Source: an uncultured Oscillospiraceae bacterium (GTDB lineage Bacteria > Bacillota > Clostridia > Oscillospirales > Oscillospiraceae). Taken from it: a DNA stretch of 60,009 bases. The notes under the pieces were generated by a model. It made no database searches. It was not told the origin of the DNA and saw only the letters and a program-made list of their open reading frames with translations. The DNA lies in the NCBI GenBank assembly GCA_904420145.1, contig CAJFUI010000027.1, positions 1 to 60,009 on the forward strand, read 5' to 3'. The first letter of the stretch is position 1, and every line of letters begins with the position of its first letter. Of the stretch, positions 44,618 through 52,966 are shown piece after piece. A program made the position numbers and the translations under genes.

Positions 44618-45272
44618 GGACGACGCCGCCCTCGGACAGGGCGTCCGCTTGGCGCTGCAGGGGACGGAGGTGGAGATCACCCTCTGCCGCAGCCTGCAGG
44701 AGGGGCGGGCGGCCCTCTCCCAGCGCGCCTTTGCGCTGATCCTCTTGGACATCAACCTCCCTGACGGCAGCGGTCTGGACTTTCTGCGGGAGATCCGCCC
44801 CGCCTATACCGGGAGTGTGATCTTGCTCACGGCCAACGATATGGAGACGGACATCGTCATGGGTCTTGAGTCCGGAGCCGACGACTATATCACCAAGCCC
44901 TTCTCCCTGGCGGTGCTGCGGGCCCGGGTCAACACCCAGCTCCGCCGCTCCACCGCCGCCGTGCCCCGGGTGGTGGAGATCGCCGGCTTCTCCTTCGACT
45001 TCGACCGGATGGAGTTTCGAAAGGACGGCAGGCTCGTGGAGCTGAGCAAGACGGAGCAGAAGCTCCTGCGCCTTTTAGTGGAGAACCGAGGCGTCACTAT
45101 GAAGCGGGGGGACCTGGTGGAGCGGATCTGGACCGACGGGGCGGCCTATGTGGACGAAAACGCCCTGTCGGTGACGGTGAAGCGGCTGCGGGACAAGCTG
45201 GAGGACGACCCCTCCAAGCCACGCTTCCTCAAGACCGTCTACGGCATCGGCTACACCTGGGCGGTGAAGTGA
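44595..45272 (+). CDS. OmpR-family response regulator
   Basis: ORF trimmed to ATG 44595 (MQHLLIIEDDAALGQG...), SD AAAGGAGAG. The winged helix ends TVYGIGYTWAVK. Confidence 0.85.
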   Translation: MQHLLIIEDDAALGQGVRLALQGTEVEITLCRSLQEGRAALSQRAFALILLDINLPDGSGLDFLREIRPAYTGSVILLTANDMETDIVMGLESGADDYITKPFSLAVLRARVNTQLRRSTAAVPRVVEIAGFSFDFDRMEFRKDGRLVELSKTEQKLLRLLVENRGVTMKRGDLVERIWTDGAAYVDENALSVTVKRLRDKLEDDPSKPRFLKTVYGIGYTWAVK

Positions 45273-45273
45273 C

Positions 45274-46212
45274 ATGACGATCATCGGTTATCTGTTGATC
45301 GGGGCCGTCGTCCTGCTGGCCCTGGGGGCGGTGCTCTATGAGCGCCGCCGGACCAAAGCCACCCTCCGGCATATGGAGCAGATGCTGGACGCTGCCGTGG
45401 CCGGGCGCTTTCTTGAGGAGCCCTTTGACGAGAGCCTCCTCTCCGCCGTGGAGTCCCGGCTCTCCGACTATCTCTCCGCCTCCGCCGTGTCCGAGCGAAA
45501 CCTGCAGGAGGAGAAGGACAAGATCAAGACCCTGATCGCGGACATCTCCCACCAGACCAAGACCCCCATCGCCAACGTCCTGCTGTACGCCGAGCTGCTG
45601 CGGGAGCAGCCCCTCTCCCCGGAGGGCCGGGAGCTGACCGGGGCGTTGTCGGAGCAGGCGGAGAAGCTCCGCTCCCTGATCGACGCCTTGGTCAAGACCT
45701 CCCGGCTGGAGACCGGCGTGCTGGCCCTGCACCCGGTCGCAGCGCCGCTGATGGACGTGCTCCAGTCCGCCGCGGCCCAGCTCTCCCCCAAGGCGGCGGA
45801 GAAGGGCATCTCCCTGTCCGTGGCGCCCACGGAGGTCAGTGCGGTCTTTGACCCCAGGTGGACGGAGGAGGCGGTGTGCAACCTGCTCGACAACGCGGTG
45901 AAGTACACCCCGGCCGGGGGAGCCGTCTCCCTGTCTGTCACCGCCTATGAGCTCTTCTGCCGTCTGGATGTGACGGATACGGGCCCCGGCATCAAGGAGG
46001 CGGAGCAGTCCCTGATCTTCCAGCGCTTCTACCGCTCCCCCGCCGCCGGCAGTACGGAGGGGGTGGGCATCGGGCTCTACCTCTGCCGCCAGATCGCCGA
46101 GCGGCAGGGGGGCTATATCAAGGTGTCCAGCCGTGTGGGAGCGGGCAGCACCTTCTCTCTCTTCCTCCCCCGGGGGACGGCGGACAGCGCCGCCGTGGAC
46201 GGCGCCCCATAA
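45274..46212 (+). CDS. Small intramembrane-sensing-type histidine kinase (single N-terminal TM, no extracellular domain)
   Basis: 312 aa. H-box ISHQTKTPIAN, N-box NLLDNAVKYT and G-box GVGIGLYLCRQIAERQGG. Confidence 0.8.
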   Translation: MTIIGYLLIGAVVLLALGAVLYERRRTKATLRHMEQMLDAAVAGRFLEEPFDESLLSAVESRLSDYLSASAVSERNLQEEKDKIKTLIADISHQTKTPIANVLLYAELLREQPLSPEGRELTGALSEQAEKLRSLIDALVKTSRLETGVLALHPVAAPLMDVLQSAAAQLSPKAAEKGISLSVAPTEVSAVFDPRWTEEAVCNLLDNAVKYTPAGGAVSLSVTAYELFCRLDVTDTGPGIKEAEQSLIFQRFYRSPAAGSTEGVGIGLYLCRQIAERQGGYIKVSSRVGAGSTFSLFLPRGTADSAAVDGAP

Positions 46213-46324
46213 AATCTTTCCAAACTGTTAGATTCTTGAAAGAATGTGGAAAGATTCTTCTGGTAAAGTCAGTCTTGTCAAGAAGGGGTGACATCCCCAT
46301 GGCAATACAGACTTTCGGCTCTCG

Positions 46325-46348
46325 AAAAAGCGGCTTCGCCGCTTTTTT
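46325..46348 (+). terminator. Rho-independent terminator after the kinase gene
   Basis: AAAAAGCGGC-ttc-GCCGCTTTTTT. Confidence 0.6.
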
Positions 46349-46524
46349 GAGAAAGCCCCCGCGAAAGGTTCGCCTCGATTTTTTACAAAATAGTCGGCGA
46401 ACCTCTCGCGAGAGGGGTCATTTTCGAGGCGCATGTCCCCGAAAATGACAGATTGAATTCTCATTCCTGCGGCCGCAGGAACTCTGCGAGGCTTCCTTTT
46501 TTAGGAGGTTTTTCGACACGCTGC

Positions 46525-46557
46525 GTCTGTATTGCCTTTTGACAATACAGACTTTTT
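46525..46557 (+). terminator. Terminator-like hairpin plus U5 abutting the SD of the ABC operon (attenuator or operator palindrome)
   Basis: GTCTGTATTG-ccttttga-CAATACAGAC followed by TTTTT, then cttGGAGG (46561) and ATG 46574. The 5' arm is also complementary to GGCAATACAGAC at 46301-46312. Confidence 0.45.
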
Positions 46558-46573
46558 CTTGGAGGAAACAGAT

Positions 46574-47245
46574 ATGACGATCTTGGAGACGAAAGATCTG
46601 CGGAAAATCTACGGTACCGGCGACACGGAGGTCCGGGCCTTAGACGGGGTAAACCTCAGTGTGGAGAAGGGGGAGTTTGTGGCGGTGGTGGGCACCTCCG
46701 GCTCCGGCAAGTCCACCCTGCTCCACATGTTAGGCGGCCTGGACCGGCCCACCAGCGGCACCGTCACCGTGGATGGCAAGGAGCTCTCCGCCATGGGCGA
46801 CGAGGAACTGACCATCTTCCGCCGGCGGAAAATCGGCTTTGTGTTTCAAAACTACAATCTGGTTCCTGTGCTGAACGTGTATGAGAACATCGTCCTGCCC
46901 ATCCAGCTGGACGGCAGGACACCGGATAAGGCCTATGTGGACCAGATCATCGACACCTTGGGCCTTGCGAGCAAGCTTCAAAACCTACCCAACAACCTCT
47001 CCGGCGGCCAGCAGCAGCGGGTGGCCATCGCCCGGGCCCTCTCCGCCAAGCCCGCTATTCTCCTGGCCGACGAGCCCACCGGCAATCTCGACTCCGCCAC
47101 CAGCTTAGACGTGATGGGCCTTTTGAAGGTCACCGGTCAGAAGTTCAGCCAGACCATTGTCATGATCACCCACAACGAGGAGATCGCCCAGATGGCGGAC
47201 CGCATCATCCGCATCGAGGACGGCCGCATCGTGACGCGGAGGTGA
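46574..47245 (+). CDS. ABC transporter ATP-binding protein (MacB/LolD-like)
   Basis: ORF trimmed to ATG 46574 ([26 protein letters not shown]...). [34 protein letters not shown]. Confidence 0.85.
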   Translation: MTILETKDLRKIYGTGDTEVRALDGVNLSVEKGEFVAVVGTSGSGKSTLLHMLGGLDRPTSGTVTVDGKELSAMGDEELTIFRRRKIGFVFQNYNLVPVLNVYENIVLPIQLDGRTPDKAYVDQIIDTLGLASKLQNLPNNLSGGQQQRVAIARALSAKPAILLADEPTGNLDSATSLDVMGLLKVTGQKFSQTIVMITHNEEIAQMADRIIRIEDGRIVTRR

Positions 47246-47250
47246 GGGCC

Positions 47251-49917
47251 ATGATCAAGGTATCCAACGGCAGAGTCATCCGCCGCTTAGGCCGGCGGTC
47301 CATGAAGGCGGCCAAAACCCGCAACCTCATCGCCGTGCTGGCCATCGCGCTGACCACGGTGCTCTTCACCTCCCTCTTCACCATCGCCATGTCCATCAAC
47401 GACGGCTTCCAGCAGGCCAACTTCCGCCAAGTGGGCGGCTTCTCCCACGGAGGCTTCAAGTACCTGACGGAGGAGCAGTTCAACGAATTGAAGGACGACC
47501 CCCTCATCGACCAGTGGGGATTGCGCCGCTTTATCGGCTCGCCTACCGAGGCGCCCTTCAACAAGTCCCACGTGGAGGTGGGCTACGCCGACGAAAACTA
47601 CGCCCACTGGTCCTTCTGCGACCCGGTGGAGGGCTCCCTGCCTCAGGAGGGCACCGACGAGGCCGCCACCGACACGGCGGTGCTGGAGCTGCTGGGCATC
47701 CAGCCGGAGATCGGCGCCCAGTTCACCCTCACCTTCGATGTAGACGGCCACGAGACCACCCAGGCCTTTACCCTCTCCGGCTGGTGGGAGCGGGACGAGG
47801 CCATTGTGGCCAGCCATGTGCTCATCCCGGAGAGCCGGGTAGACGCTATTTTAAGCGAAGTAGGTGTAGACCCTGCCAGCTCCACCAATGGCATGACCGG
47901 CAGCTGGAATTTGGACGTGATGCTGGGGAGCGGCTCCCGGCACATTGAACAGGACCTGAACCAGATCCTGGCCGACCACGGTTACCAGAGTGAGACCGCC
48001 GGGGACAACTTCATCGACATCGGCATCAACTGGGGCTACACCGGCGCCCGGCTCAGCGACAACATCGACCCCGTTGTGGTCATCGCTATCGCTGCCATGC
48101 TGCTGCTCATCATTTTCACCGGGTATCTCATCATCTACAACGTGTTCCAGATCTCCGTCACCAATGATATCCGGTTCTACGGCCTGCTCAAGACCATCGG
48201 CACTACCCCCCGTCAGCTCCGACGGATCATCCGCCAGCAGGCGCTGACCTTGTCCCTGGCGGGAATCCCCTTGGGATTGGTTGTGGGCTGGCTCATCGGC
48301 GGCCAGCTGACGCCGGTGATCGTGTCCCGGCTGAACGGCGTGGTGGCCGTGACCTCCGTGAGCCCAGTGATCTTTATCGGCTCGGCGGTGTTCTCTCTGG
48401 TGACGGTGCTTCTCTCCTGCCGCAAGCCCGGCCGCGCCGCCGCTAAGGTCTCCCCCATCGAGGCGGTGCGCTACACCGAGGGCAGCGGCGTCAAGGGCAA
48501 GGCCCGCCGGGCCAAGCGGGGCGCTTCCCTCTTCGCCATGGCCTGGGCCAACCTCAGCCGCAGCCGCAGCAAGACGGTGGTAACCATCCTCTCCCTCTCC
48601 TTGGCGGTGGTGCTGCTGACCATAACGGTGAACTTCACGGACGGCTTCGACATGGACAAGTACGTGTCCAGCTTCACCGCCAGCGACTTCATCGTGGCGG
48701 ACGCCGGGAAGTTCCAGAACAGCGTCTTGGATTTCACCGCCGACATGGCCGTGCCCCAGCCGGTCATCGACGACATCAACGCCCAAGGGGGCATCACCGA
48801 CAGCGGCGCCATCTACGGCCAGACCTTCGGGGCCCTGGAGTATGTCACCGAGGACTGGTTCCGGCAGAACAAAGAGCGCTTCTACACCCCGGAAGAGATG
48901 GACAACCTGATCCGCCTGACTGAGCGGAACGAGGAGGGCCTGCTGGCCGACCGGATCCAGCTCTCCGGCATGAGCGGCTTCGCCTTGGATTACTTGACGG
49001 TGCTGGAGGGGGACCTTGACAAGCTCTATGAGGACGGCGGGCGGTACGTGGCCGCCGTATACGCCGAGGACGACTACGGCAGCGCGGACATGGACTCCCA
49101 CTGGGCCCGGCTGGGGGATATCGTCACCGTCCGTTACGTGGAGGAGGTGGAGTACGTGGACCCAGACACCGGTATCGCCTATGCCAGCGTGGAGGACGTG
49201 CCCGCCGGGGCCAACTATGTGGCACAGCCGGTGAAATACCGAGACGTGGACTATGAGGTAGCCGCCCTGGTAACGGTGCCCTCCGCCTTCTCTTACCGCT
49301 ACTACGGCGCGGACGAGTTCATTCTTAACGACCAGACCTTTATCCATGACAGCGGCACGTCCGATGTGATGTACTACGCCTTTGACACCACCGACGAGGC
49401 CAACGCCGCCATGGAGGAATTCCTTCGGAACTACACGGAGAATGTCAACCCCCAGTTCGACTACGAGAGCAAGGCCCTCTACGCCGGAGAATTTGAGAGC
49501 ATGCGGAGCATGTTTTTGCTGCTGGGCGCCGCCCTGAGCTTCATCGTGGGGCTGGTGGGGGTGCTGAACTTCTTCAACGCCATCCTCACCGGCATCATCG
49601 CCCGGAAGCGGGAATTCGCCGTGCTCCAGTCCATCGGCATGACGGGAAAGCAGCTGAAGACCATGCTGGTGTACGAGGGGCTGTTCTACGCCCTGGGGGC
49701 GGTGTTCATCTCCCTAATGCTGGCGGTGGTCCTTGGCCCTGTAGCCTTCACGGCGGTGGAGAGCCTGTTCTGGTTCTTCACCTACCGCCTGACGCTGACG
49801 CCGTTTTTGATCGTGGCCCCAGTGTTTGCCCTGCTGGGCGTACTGGTACCTCTGGCGGTATACCGCTCCGTGGCCAAGGCCACCATTGTGGAGCGCCTGC
49901 GGGAGATCGACACCTAA
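47251..49917 (+). CDS. FtsX-family ABC permease with two FtsX domains and large extracytoplasmic regions
   Basis: About 888 aa. ATG 47251 is preceded by GGAGGTGAGG. Two four-helix FtsX modules (about aa 270-400 and 770-885) are separated by roughly 350 aa of soluble sequence. Confidence 0.8.
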   Translation: MIKVSNGRVIRRLGRRSMKAAKTRNLIAVLAIALTTVLFTSLFTIAMSINDGFQQANFRQVGGFSHGGFKYLTEEQFNELKDDPLIDQWGLRRFIGSPTEAPFNKSHVEVGYADENYAHWSFCDPVEGSLPQEGTDEAATDTAVLELLGIQPEIGAQFTLTFDVDGHETTQAFTLSGWWERDEAIVASHVLIPESRVDAILSEVGVDPASSTNGMTGSWNLDVMLGSGSRHIEQDLNQILADHGYQSETAGDNFIDIGINWGYTGARLSDNIDPVVVIAIAAMLLLIIFTGYLIIYNVFQISVTNDIRFYGLLKTIGTTPRQLRRIIRQQALTLSLAGIPLGLVVGWLIGGQLTPVIVSRLNGVVAVTSVSPVIFIGSAVFSLVTVLLSCRKPGRAAAKVSPIEAVRYTEGSGVKGKARRAKRGASLFAMAWANLSRSRSKTVVTILSLSLAVVLLTITVNFTDGFDMDKYVSSFTASDFIVADAGKFQNSVLDFTADMAVPQPVIDDINAQGGITDSGAIYGQTFGALEYVTEDWFRQNKERFYTPEEMDNLIRLTERNEEGLLADRIQLSGMSGFALDYLTVLEGDLDKLYEDGGRYVAAVYAEDDYGSADMDSHWARLGDIVTVRYVEEVEYVDPDTGIAYASVEDVPAGANYVAQPVKYRDVDYEVAALVTVPSAFSYRYYGADEFILNDQTFIHDSGTSDVMYYAFDTTDEANAAMEEFLRNYTENVNPQFDYESKALYAGEFESMRSMFLLLGAALSFIVGLVGVLNFFNAILTGIIARKREFAVLQSIGMTGKQLKTMLVYEGLFYALGAVFISLMLAVVLGPVAFTAVESLFWFFTYRLTLTPFLIVAPVFALLGVLVPLAVYRSVAKATIVERLREIDT

Positions 49918-50014
49918 ACCGTTTACGTCGTCTGGCGGGACCTGCCGGACTCTCTCCGAGGGCTTGACGCGCCGATGGCGGCGTGTCAAGCCCTCGCCGT
50001 ATCCCCGCACTTGC

Positions 50015-50058
50015 AAAAAAAGAGAACCGGGAGGCCGCGGCGGACGGCCTCCCGGTTC
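50015..50058 (-). terminator. Rho-independent terminator of the TetR gene (minus strand)
   Basis: GAACCGGGAGGCC-(9 nt)-GGCCTCCCGGTTC. The A7 run at 50015-50021 gives U7 after the hairpin on the minus-strand transcript. Confidence 0.6.
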
Positions 50059-50242
50059 CTTCATGAAAGGAGGTTTGGATGAAAAAGCTCTTGTCTCTTG
50101 CAAGTATAGCTTACGAAAAAGTTGTTAAATAAACTCCCCTATAATTGTTACAAAAGTTTGAAATCTTTTCTATTTTTTGTAGAAATTTCTGCTGTCCGCG
50201 CTTTCCGCCCCTAAAAACCGCCAGCCGCTCCTCCCAGTCCTC

Positions 50243-50806
50243 CTATAGCACCGGCTCGATCACCGACCGGAAATACCGGTCCAGCTCCTCCGGCGGCAGC
50301 TTCCGCTTCCCCTTGATCCACCACAGCACCATCTCCACGAAGCTGCCGGAGATGTGGTTCACCAGAAAGTCCTGGGGAACCATTGTATTTCTCTGACGGC
50401 GCAGGGGGATGTACTGGGTACGGATCAGCCCATTCAGGCTGTCCTTAAAATAGCGCAGAAACATCTCGCTGCTCTCCCCGGAGAGGAGGCCCAAAATATT
50501 GTAGTCGTTCTCCTGCAGGTGCTGGAGCAGGTGGCAGAAGATGGACTCCGGCACGCTGCCGTCGGTGCAGAGCCCGTGGGTATGGGTGCAGTCCATGGCG
50601 CTGCGGATGATGTGGTCAAAGAGCTCCCCGCACAGGGCCTTCAGCAGGTCGTCCTTGGTCTCAAAGTGGGCGTAGAAGGTGGTACGGCCGATATCCGCCC
50701 GGTCGATGATCTCCTGCACCGTGACGCGGCTGTAGCTCTTCTCTGAGAGCAGCTCGCTGAAGGCGGAGAAGACCGCCGCCCGGGTACGCTTCTGCCGTCT
50801 GTCCAT
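50243..50806 (-). CDS. TetR-family transcriptional regulator
   Basis: MDRRQKRTRAAVFSAFSELLSEKSYSRVTVQEIIDRADIGRTTFYAHF. Divergent from a P1B ATPase. Confidence 0.8.
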   Translation of the reverse strand: MDRRQKRTRAAVFSAFSELLSEKSYSRVTVQEIIDRADIGRTTFYAHFETKDDLLKALCGELFDHIIRSAMDCTHTHGLCTDGSVPESIFCHLLQHLQENDYNILGLLSGESSEMFLRYFKDSLNGLIRTQYIPLRRQRNTMVPQDFLVNHISGSFVEMVLWWIKGKRKLPPEELDRYFRSVIEPVL

Positions 50807-50903
50807 CCAACCCCTTCTTTCCGTACAAATTGGGGAGATTGTTCCGTAGGGAATACTCCTCCCGGATTATCCGTTGTTTTTCTTCTTCCCTCTGCTTACA
50901 ATA

Positions 50904-50926
50904 ATACCAAACAAAGTGTTTGGTAT
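50904..50926. promoter_or_regulatory. Perfect 10-3-10 palindrome (candidate TetR operator) in the TetR/ATPase divergent region
   Basis: ATACCAAACA-aag-TGTTTGGTAT, about 60 nt upstream of ATG 50988 and adjacent to the TATATT -10-like hexamer. Confidence 0.45.
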
Positions 50927-50987
50927 CCTATATATTGTACGGGAACTAACCATTTCTGTCAAGGCACAGCTGCAAAGGAGGATGGAC

Positions 50988-52856
50988 ATGCTTCGACGGA
51001 TCAATGATTTTTTGGCGGGATGGCCCATGACGCTGGTGGGCGCAGTCTTTCTGGTGGCCAGCTTGGCTCTGCCCAGGCTGGGCGTCACGCTTCCCATTGA
51101 CCCGGCCTGGGCAACGGTGGTCATCAGCGGAATCCCACTGCTCTATCTGGCAGTCTGGCGGATCATCCACAATCCCGGCGTCAGCAAGATCTCCTCGGCC
51201 CTGCTCATCGTCATCGCCATGTTTGCCGCCATCGGCATCGGGGACCTGTTCGCCGCCGGCGAGGTGGCCTTCATCATGGCTATCGGGGCCCTGCTGGAGG
51301 AGGCCACCACCAACCGTGCCAAGAAGGGCCTCAAACAGCTTATCCGTCTGGCCCCCGCCCAGGGCCGCCGTATCCGGGACGGGAAGGAGGAGATGATCCC
51401 CGCGGAGGAGATCCAAGTGGGCGACATGCTCCGCATCCTCCCCGGGGAGGCCATCCCGGTGGACGGGACCATCCTCAGCGGCGAGACCTCGGTGGACCAG
51501 TCCATTATGACGGGAGAGTCCCTGCCGGTGGACAAAGGGGTGGGGGAGGAGGTGTTCTGCGGCACCATCAACCGCTTCGGCTCCATTGACATCACCGCCA
51601 CCAAGGTGGGAGAGGACAGCTCCCTCCAGAAGCTCATCCGCATGGTCCAGGACGCGGAGAACAAGCAGGCCCCCATGCAGCGCATCGCCGACCGGGCAGC
51701 CAGCTGGCTGGTACCCGTAGCCCTGCTCATTGCGGTCCTGGCCTATGTGTTCACCCGGAACATCGTCACCGCCGTGACGGTGCTGGTGGTGTTCTGCCCC
51801 TGCGCCCTGGTGCTTGCCACGCCAACGGCGATCATGGCCGCCATTGGCCAGGCCACCAAGCACGGCGTCATCATCAAGTCCGGCGAAGCCCTGGAGAGAA
51901 TGGGAAAGGTGGACACCATCGCCTTCGACAAGACCGGTACCCTCACCTACGGCCGGCTGGAGGTCAGCGACGTCCTGTCCTTTGAGGAAAATTTGACGGA
52001 AGAGGAATTGCTCACCTTGACAGCCTCAGCGGAGGCCCGGAGCGAGCACCCCTTAGGCAAAGCCATCGTGGCCTGGGCGAAGGAGCGGGGGCTGCCGCTG
52101 ACGGACTCTCAGAACTTCCGCATGACGGCGGGCAAGGGCGTCGCCGCCCGGGTCTCCGGGCGGGACCTGCTGTGCGGGAATGAGAAGTTCTTGGTAGAAA
52201 ACAGCGTTGAGATCGACGCTCCCGTCCACAGCGCCCTGGAGAAGCTGCGCTTGGAGGGCAAGGCGTCCATCCTGGCGGCGGACGGAGTGAAATGCATCGG
52301 TGTCATCGCCCTGTCCGATGTGCTGCGGCCGGAGGCCAGGGACATGGTGTCCCGCCTGAGCGCCATGCACACCCGCACAGTGCTGCTCACCGGCGACAAC
52401 CAAAAAACCGCGGACTACTTTGCCCAGCAGGTGGGCATCAGCGAGGTACGCGCCCAGCTGCTGCCGGAGGAAAAGGTGGGCAATATCGAGGCCCTGCGGG
52501 AGTCGGGACGGACGGTGTGCATGATCGGCGACGGGATCAACGACGCCCCGGCCCTCAAGACCGCCGACGTGGGGGTGGCCATGGGAACCATGGGCAGCGA
52601 CATCGCCGTGGAGGCGGCCGACATCGCCCTTATGAGCGACGACCTCTCCAAGATTCCCTACTTAAAGCGGCTGTCCAACGCCACGGTCAAGACCATCAAG
52701 GCGAGCATCACCCTATCCATGTGCATCAACTTCTTCGCCATCGTCGCCTCCCTGCTGGAGCTGCTCAACCCCACCACCGGGGCCTTAGTCCACAACGCCG
52801 GCTCCTGCTTCGTGGTCCTCATCGCCGCTCTGCTGTACGACAGGAAGTTTACCTAA
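50988..52856 (+). CDS. Heavy-metal P1B-type ATPase without an N-terminal metal-binding domain
   Basis: CPC motif (VVFCPCALVLATP), DKTGTLT, TGDN and GDGINDAP. Start ATG 50988 has AGGAGG 6 nt upstream; the ATG at 50982 has zero spacing. Confidence 0.85.
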   Translation: MLRRINDFLAGWPMTLVGAVFLVASLALPRLGVTLPIDPAWATVVISGIPLLYLAVWRIIHNPGVSKISSALLIVIAMFAAIGIGDLFAAGEVAFIMAIGALLEEATTNRAKKGLKQLIRLAPAQGRRIRDGKEEMIPAEEIQVGDMLRILPGEAIPVDGTILSGETSVDQSIMTGESLPVDKGVGEEVFCGTINRFGSIDITATKVGEDSSLQKLIRMVQDAENKQAPMQRIADRAASWLVPVALLIAVLAYVFTRNIVTAVTVLVVFCPCALVLATPTAIMAAIGQATKHGVIIKSGEALERMGKVDTIAFDKTGTLTYGRLEVSDVLSFEENLTEEELLTLTASAEARSEHPLGKAIVAWAKERGLPLTDSQNFRMTAGKGVAARVSGRDLLCGNEKFLVENSVEIDAPVHSALEKLRLEGKASILAADGVKCIGVIALSDVLRPEARDMVSRLSAMHTRTVLLTGDNQKTADYFAQQVGISEVRAQLLPEEKVGNIEALRESGRTVCMIGDGINDAPALKTADVGVAMGTMGSDIAVEAADIALMSDDLSKIPYLKRLSNATVKTIKASITLSMCINFFAIVASLLELLNPTTGALVHNAGSCFVVLIAALLYDRKFT

Positions 52857-52905
52857 TCATGCCTCCATCTCTTCGCGCCGCCGGCACGGGGCGGCGCGGA
52901 GCTCT

Positions 52906-52955
52906 GCGGAGAGGAGGGACGCCGCAAAATACTTTGCGGTGTCCCTCCTCTCCGC
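52906..52955. terminator. Compound hairpin between the two convergent ATPase genes
   Basis: 15-bp perfect arms GCGGAGAGGAGGGAC / GTCCCTCCTCTCCGC enclose an inner hairpin, GCCGCAAA-atac-TTTGCGGT. Confidence 0.55.
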
Positions 52956-52966
52956 GCCGTATCCAT

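Noticed and set aside
46228-46464. 70-78-aa ORFs on both strands of the kinase/ABC spacer (46236..46448 plus strand, 46228..46464 minus strand).
   Set aside because: They have no SD and basic low-complexity translations, and the region is dominated by inverted repeats. It is better interpreted as structured RNA or a repeat element.
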